A DNA stretch of 61,869 nt, filler included. It is 10 parts of 10 records of this genome, joined end to end, with 100 filler letters (N's around TTAATTAATTAA, not from the genome) between each part and the next. Parts side by side here need not be neighbours in the genome. Positions count along the whole stretch, not along the records: positions 52,253 to 61,869 come from SRR7504441_9382; 9 more parts are not named here. One strand, 5' to 3'. Numbering within the stretch: position 1 is the stretch's first letter; the number at the start of each line of letters is the position of its first letter. Below, piece by piece: positions 58,201 to 61,869 of the stretch. The notes under the pieces were generated by a model that was given only the letters and a program-made list of their open reading frames with translations, ran no database searches and had not been told where the DNA came from. Made by a program: the position numbers and the translations under genes.

Positions 58201-61200
58201 CATTGCATGTAGTCACCATGGAAGATGTTCTGCACCGAATGAGTGCAAATGCACCATGCGCTGGGCTGGCACTCAATGCGAAATTCCCAAATGCTATTCT
58301 ACCCTTGCTAGTGATAGCAAGGTGTGCTCAGGTCATGGGACATGTGAGGCTCCTGATACTTGCCTCTGTGCGGATGGCTGGGCTGGCGACGACTGCGAGC
58401 TCCCAGTGTGTTCAGGCGTCAATAGCACTGATGTAAATGTTTGTATGGGACATGGAATATGCCATGCGCCAGATCAGTGTGACTGTCAGCATGGGTTCAC
58501 AGGTTCGCAATGTCAGCACGAGAGCTGTGAACGGTGCAACCACAATGGTCGTTGTATTGGAAGGCATGAATGCGAGTGTCACGGCCAGGGCAAAGGTTAC
58601 GGATTCACCGGCTATGACTGCTCGGCTCCAGTGTGTGGACATTTGTCGGGTCCTGAGGCCTGCTCGGGCCATGGGGACTGCCACCGTGGATCATGTAAAT
58701 GCGGTTATGGCTGGGGTGGCACCGACTGCGAGCTGAAGTTGTGCAATGGCGTGGCACAGAAGGATGGTGCCTGCTCCAACCATGGCCTCTGTACAGGAAT
58801 AGACAAATGCGAATGCGAGGTTGGATGGACAGGCGATTGGTGCTCACATCGGCTATGTGACGGCAAGGGTATCCAGCAAGGTGGATGCTCTGGTCATGGG
58901 CTGTGCAATGCGCAGGGCAAATGCACTTGCATCAAGGGATGGACAGGTGAGAGCTGCGACGAGCCCGTCTGCGAACCATCTTGCATGCATGGTGGTAAGT
59001 GCTCTGCTCCAAATACTTGCGACTGTCCAGAAGAGTGGGGTGGCGCGCAGTGCGGCATGGCTGTCTGCAATGGTAAGACTATCAGCGATGGTGCATGCTC
59101 TGGTCATGGGAAGTGCAGTCCCTTGTCAGATATAGCAACAGCAAGTGAGGCAGCTCCACAGTGTATGTGCGAATTCGGCTGGGCAAAGGAAACCTGCAAT
59201 GAGCCTTCGTGTGGTGGCCTCTCAGGCTGCTCAGGACATGGCACTTGCTTGGGTTATGAGCTCTGCACATGCAATCCGGGATGGTCGGGAAAAGCTTGCG
59301 ATATACCAGCGTGCAGTGGTAGCCCCACATTAGAGGGTGGCTGTTCTGGACACGGCACTTGCACTGCTCCTGAGGTCTGTTCGTGTGATCCTGGATGGTC
59401 TGGTAGTAGCTGTAAGATCACAACGTGCGAGCCCAAGTGTCAAAATGGGGGCGAATGCATTGGCCCAAATAAATGCGAATGCCCAGAAGGATGGACGGGA
59501 GATGACTGCAGCCGGGCTTTATGTGATGGCAAAATCACCGCAGAAGGTGCTTGCTCTCGGAATGGAAGATGCGACAGTCCAGATGAGTGTCGTTGTACCA
59601 GTCTGTGGGCTGGGAAACAGTGTGAAATACCGAAGTGTTTTGGGCTGAAGGGCGAGTTTGAGTGCAGTGGTCACGGTAAGTGTGGATCACCTGACGCGTG
59701 CCAATGTAACGATGGATGGATAGGGCAACAGTGTGAACATGCTATTTGTGACAAGAAGCACTCGGTAGAAGCTTGTTCAAGTCACGGAAGATGCGAGAAT
59801 CCAGACAAGTGTACTTGTGAGGAGGGCTGGACCGGTGAAATCTGCTCCTTGTCTCAATGCTTTGGTGTCGATGCCGACGACGACACAGTTTGTTCAGGTC
59901 ATGGCACTTGCTTTGGGCCCGGCAAATGTCAATGTTTTGACGGGTTTTATGGAAGTGACTGCGCTGGAAAGTCCTGTAGCGAAGATGCCGCAACCGGCCT
60001 CACATGCAGCGGCCATGGTTTATGCAACATTGAAAGCACGTGCGAATGCGATCGAGGCTATTTTGGGTCGAACTGTGACCAAGCAATATGCAAATTTGAC
60101 TGCCAGCATGGTGCACCATGCTTCGCTCCAGACAAATGCCAGTGCCCGAAGGGCTGGTCAGGCTCCCTGTGCGAGACCCCAGTGTGCTCAGTGTCATGTG
60201 CCAATGGTGGCAAGTGTGTAGCGCCAGACGTCTGCGAATGCCCATCTAAGGAGTGGCAAGGCCCCTTCTGTGAGGAGCCCGTTTGTGGAGGACTCACTTC
60301 GGCCCAAGGCGCATGTTCGCAGAACGGGCGCTGCAGTGAACCAGACACATGCGCCTGTGACATAGGCTGGAGTGGTGACGACTGCAGTCAGCCCGTTTGC
60401 GCAGAGACAGCAGATATGGAGGTCTGCAATGGGCGAGGCCAATGTGTTGGACCGGGCAAGTGCAAGTGCGAGCTTGGCTTTGCAGGAATGGACTGTGAGT
60501 GGCCCACTTGCTCGAAGCTCACCTCTGTTGATGGTGGCTGTGGCTTACATGGGGAGTGTGTGGCTCCAGATCAGTGCAAGTGCGCAGAGGGTTGGGGTGG
60601 ACCCGATTGTAATACACCTACCTGTTCTGAGGAGTGCCGCAACGGCGGTGCATGTGTTGCTCCCGATACATGCTCGTGTGCTGCGCAGTGGACAGGGCGC
60701 TGGTGCACCCAGCCACTGTGTGGCGGCAGCACCACTGGTCAAGGCGCCTGCAGCAACAACGGGCGCTGCTCCTCGCCAGATAAATGTACCTGTCATGAGG
60801 GCTGGAGTGGCCCACACTGTAGCATTCCCACCTGCCAAGGAAAGGCTGGCGTTGAAGCATGCAGTGGACACGGAGTCTGTGGTAAACCTCACACCTGCTC
60901 ATGCATGGACGGCTGGAAAGGGGAAGACTGCAACCAAGTTGTATGCGGCGGCGAATGCTCTGCCCATGGCGCGTGCAATCTGCCAGGGCAGTGTGAGTGC
61001 AGCCCTGGATACTCGGGGGTCGCCTGTTCCAACCCAATTTGTCCCTGCGACAACGGCGGAACCTGCGTTTCGCCACACAAATGCGACTGTACACCAGAGT
61101 GGACTGGTGACACTTGTACTCTGGCCAAGTGCGATGGGCTCACTACAGCCGATGGTGCATGCTCAGGGCATGGGCATTGCAGCACCCCAGGGGAGTGTGC

Positions 61201-61549
61201 TTGTAATGAAGGCTGGGCTGGATCAAAGTGCGAGATGCCAATCTGCAATGGTGCCACCGGGCAGAAGGCCTGCAACGGGAAGGGAGAGTGCATTTCCCAT
61301 CAGGTCTGTCGCTGCAAATATGGCTGGGGTGGTTTCTGGTGCGAGGCGGCAACATGCAATGGTCAGTTGAACCAAGAGGGTGCTTGCAGTGGGCATGGCA
61401 CATGCACGGAAATTGACAAATGCGAATGTGACAACGGCTGGACTGGCCAAGAATGTGGCGAGCAGCAAGGCCAAAGCACCGAGGGCCTAGCCGTGGGCTG
61501 GGACCTAGTGCGTAGTGGGCGGCGGTTGCTCAGTGCGTGGTATGGGTGA
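52253..61549 (+). CDS. Giant coiled-coil + SEA-like + EGF-repeat protein (5'-partial, >3,090 aa)
   Basis: One frame open from the contig start to TGA at 61549. About 1,780 aa of Ala/Glu/Lys heptads with several N-x-S/T sites, a short globular linker, then 31 six-Cys EGF units. Confidence 0.9.
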   Translation, partial: ERRRAKQAAAEDRRDRIMNELDSASTSGEREMLRKQLALWQGEYNLAAGKAQKSETLQGVDADRYSKAVATKDESQTDVDTTERKIELARGEVEARLEDVESTTSERNKAKDDRREARQKAAAADAKAKELEENIVLVEHLVYRKARNRKRASEKSAKATERKQRHLLSTVLAKEVAKTKAAVRKALRAKMIAEAALLDEEEERKIAEEQANSQKQKAKQEQDKLKESELKLHEEQNAESLAVGSENVAKAQMEVMYRAMSEAEQGITADGMPTPAQSETAFKDAQEKLKARQAAKDEATEIAETQSRLVSMEEKEAATANEAASVAKQEAEITKAREEATKQRLNETNAEAKNLDKQEHMQMSRDSKIEKEDATKASASRVQILMEMMVAEARAGTEIEQLHVTSQQLQEELEAAQEEEAAASKKETAAQNAAEAAKTEVAQATQTAALAGSDLKAAIGNGASDADIADMQVRINEAEKAMELKQQVSNDAVHSSEQAKGDADNARGKVQAIAKQKLHMEETIESKSKAMLEIQEKIVQTKSALKAEEDATMGGAVHANNMLLDAEDHEELSRQEKMAAKYRLNMLESVKESIAQGHSDARMQAEAIHKQQQDEATLKSAEQQNHKAMLAVNHATTVLKEAMIAEKHATKEADTRMSESKQLKQTARELMTSANDAVLLHAKNASIKHTAQQKAAQFAWNLAQKVAVAHAFARAADQALGEDANELAFANEFVLGGWKYNDGETKAKTQADGQYDMIAANQAASQAEEAKLAADAKSSAAEGNENERQKQLSRFVHMSTVLSQAASRAAAQKLAADKAVAARQEDLKEVSLRTKALKELQAQAADLKSQRLMKLEMLQVGFEQANATAAVSIKAMDADARKNRKDLSNNLKWAKEETPSTEEAELITVAIDELRTMDAAERAKFEAWRNATATRSLLAALSEAKESFEAQASKLAQRSRELTEEIDRKKSIVETAVATQRTEQQRLDDLNAQQATKAELQEDEAMIGKLAKNEKSVEENTRNTAQDLVDAAKNRIASIIKIAAQAKKDEAMASRAFVGSKHIAKTINETLLEQQARLKNLVEEHTIMKERAQNATKLWQDFVGFSWPPASTLTSQDWLQHAPTLDGMMKANTQLKVLDVAARPWPSLEDLEKKAKAWQEAVLTFDLPRAVALAKSHVEATASTQFAQLTAHTAEMLLQRANQREEGTNLRTMAGKDLVKGFKVHAAEAHAESENAEMEASSKKMMWNQIKNSSFAAEGPIELDKFNTAFTKAQRTVHRSQDLREGAPEQLEAMKKSVFRFHADCVAWRARAIKLATSAAEEGADLKAHEWSVRHMKQQIVQDRQASKIAEMEYSMRDEKYRIAKLRLNQTKGLLEDAKAGKIAEESELAKIKQEQEADARRLASLTRLDAKEAPLSKESIEAVLANATATEVAAKLALDSVEVEQRRVQLEKNQYAMAATGLEPEIASAKKELLALEQTEREKEAVVTDYGIRNAKYISLATKAVAKDVAGEDNEIALDAANQTENTLKSAAMIMQGHKVPAAEQKAKDDVLQVMKAKAQLKLAELKEKRQGAVKAKFDSEIVLMHRSSSKARNAILSAQANATKAATKAEEAQSAAGRARQKVSQAVDAAGVSMQELEAIRIKIVKSVADISQAKLSLHQSAAQEELAKIEAEDEEKLKSQGEDLKEATEEKQEDDERMQEQAATMPVPPNQEVEDAIEAREKAALAGAEAKELLQQAQLRAEKASLNSNRLNGEAKVLVKEAEALRSESSKYHKAKSVELHEARHEARNDQATLYSAAQAAQVLAKCRVNFIGYSSEQIPAPVQAQLRKALAQSHKNLTSTTVDIVEIARCDPHTLATKDTKCTTIGFKSQLAYHSLAEAVADAVKSSVLTGKMKERVIDADVLDGEPVFDSTKLDLQMPFRCSIDQAVDKKAPVTCSGLPGRHGCFNRGQCTAKDTCMCDDGYTGDDCEDPICFEKSGDIACSHHGRCSAPNECKCTMRWAGTQCEIPKCYSTLASDSKVCSGHGTCEAPDTCLCADGWAGDDCELPVCSGVNSTDVNVCMGHGICHAPDQCDCQHGFTGSQCQHESCERCNHNGRCIGRHECECHGQGKGYGFTGYDCSAPVCGHLSGPEACSGHGDCHRGSCKCGYGWGGTDCELKLCNGVAQKDGACSNHGLCTGIDKCECEVGWTGDWCSHRLCDGKGIQQGGCSGHGLCNAQGKCTCIKGWTGESCDEPVCEPSCMHGGKCSAPNTCDCPEEWGGAQCGMAVCNGKTISDGACSGHGKCSPLSDIATASEAAPQCMCEFGWAKETCNEPSCGGLSGCSGHGTCLGYELCTCNPGWSGKACDIPACSGSPTLEGGCSGHGTCTAPEVCSCDPGWSGSSCKITTCEPKCQNGGECIGPNKCECPEGWTGDDCSRALCDGKITAEGACSRNGRCDSPDECRCTSLWAGKQCEIPKCFGLKGEFECSGHGKCGSPDACQCNDGWIGQQCEHAICDKKHSVEACSSHGRCENPDKCTCEEGWTGEICSLSQCFGVDADDDTVCSGHGTCFGPGKCQCFDGFYGSDCAGKSCSEDAATGLTCSGHGLCNIESTCECDRGYFGSNCDQAICKFDCQHGAPCFAPDKCQCPKGWSGSLCETPVCSVSCANGGKCVAPDVCECPSKEWQGPFCEEPVCGGLTSAQGACSQNGRCSEPDTCACDIGWSGDDCSQPVCAETADMEVCNGRGQCVGPGKCKCELGFAGMDCEWPTCSKLTSVDGGCGLHGECVAPDQCKCAEGWGGPDCNTPTCSEECRNGGACVAPDTCSCAAQWTGRWCTQPLCGGSTTGQGACSNNGRCSSPDKCTCHEGWSGPHCSIPTCQGKAGVEACSGHGVCGKPHTCSCMDGWKGEDCNQVVCGGECSAHGACNLPGQCECSPGYSGVACSNPICPCDNGGTCVSPHKCDCTPEWTGDTCTLAKCDGLTTADGACSGHGHCSTPGECACNEGWAGSKCEMPICNGATGQKACNGKGECISHQVCRCKYGWGGFWCEAATCNGQLNQEGACSGHGTCTEIDKCECDNGWTGQECGEQQGQSTEGLAVGWDLVRSGRRLLSAWYG
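58070..61456 (+). repeat. Array of 31 tandem EGF-like (tenascin/EGF_2-type) repeats
   Basis: Manual count of C...CsghG.C..p..C.C..Gw.G..C units. Confidence 0.9.
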
Positions 61550-61869
61550 CTTAGTACCGTAACTAGCTAGCACAAAACGGACTAGTTCCGCCATGACGCG
61601 ATGATATCGATTAGGAAGAACTCTTCATAAGTAATGCAACTCTAATTACAAGAGCTTAATTAACAAAGTCTTTTACAAACGCACTAGCTCTTACCGGGCG
61701 CGTTGCTCTCACCTCTAGATCTCACCTTCCACTCCTAGGATCTAGGCCCGTAGGCCTCACGCAGTACTCACGCAGCTGCTTGTACTCTACTGCACGGTTC
61801 GATGAGTTGATGAAAGTGGCGTTACTCGGCTGCGACGAGCAAGGCACGGGCGGCTCCTCAGACAAAGGC

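Noticed and set aside
1-61869. Alternative genetic code, frameshifting or widespread pseudogenisation to explain broken ORFs
   Set aside because: Nearly every break in a recognisable gene is resolved by a short GT-AG or GC-AG intron under the standard code.

Overview
This window is not one continuous locus. It is ten short contigs joined by nine identical 100-nt spacers (44 N + TTAATTAATTAA + 44 N). The DNA comes from a gene-dense, probably flagellated microbial eukaryote: homologues of CIMIP1/C20orf85, CCDC17, CFAP57 and probably rotatin are present. Its spliceosomal introns are tiny (mostly 33-50 nt), often in frame, and a noticeable share use GC donors, so the ORF track fragments most genes; I spliced them by eye. 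Main contents: (1) a >3,400-aa fragment of an apparently RING-less RNF213/mysterin-like AAA+/RZ-finger E3; (2) one gene joining a GGCT domain with a Cache-like insertion, an Amidoligase_2-type ligase, a second GGCT-like domain and four BTK-like Zn motifs; (3) a PWWP + 3x Cys3His + coiled-coil + HDAC fusion; (4) a secreted fatty-acid-isomerase-like flavoprotein fused to two TIGR03792-like domains and a YHS domain; (5) an EF-hand/M1 aminopeptidase fusion; (6) a >3,000-aa coiled-coil protein with 31 EGF repeats; (7) ordinary enzymes (sulfotransferase, GH29-like glycosidase, alpha/beta hydrolase, UDG-family glycosylase). All family assignments come from recognising motifs by eye; no searches were run.
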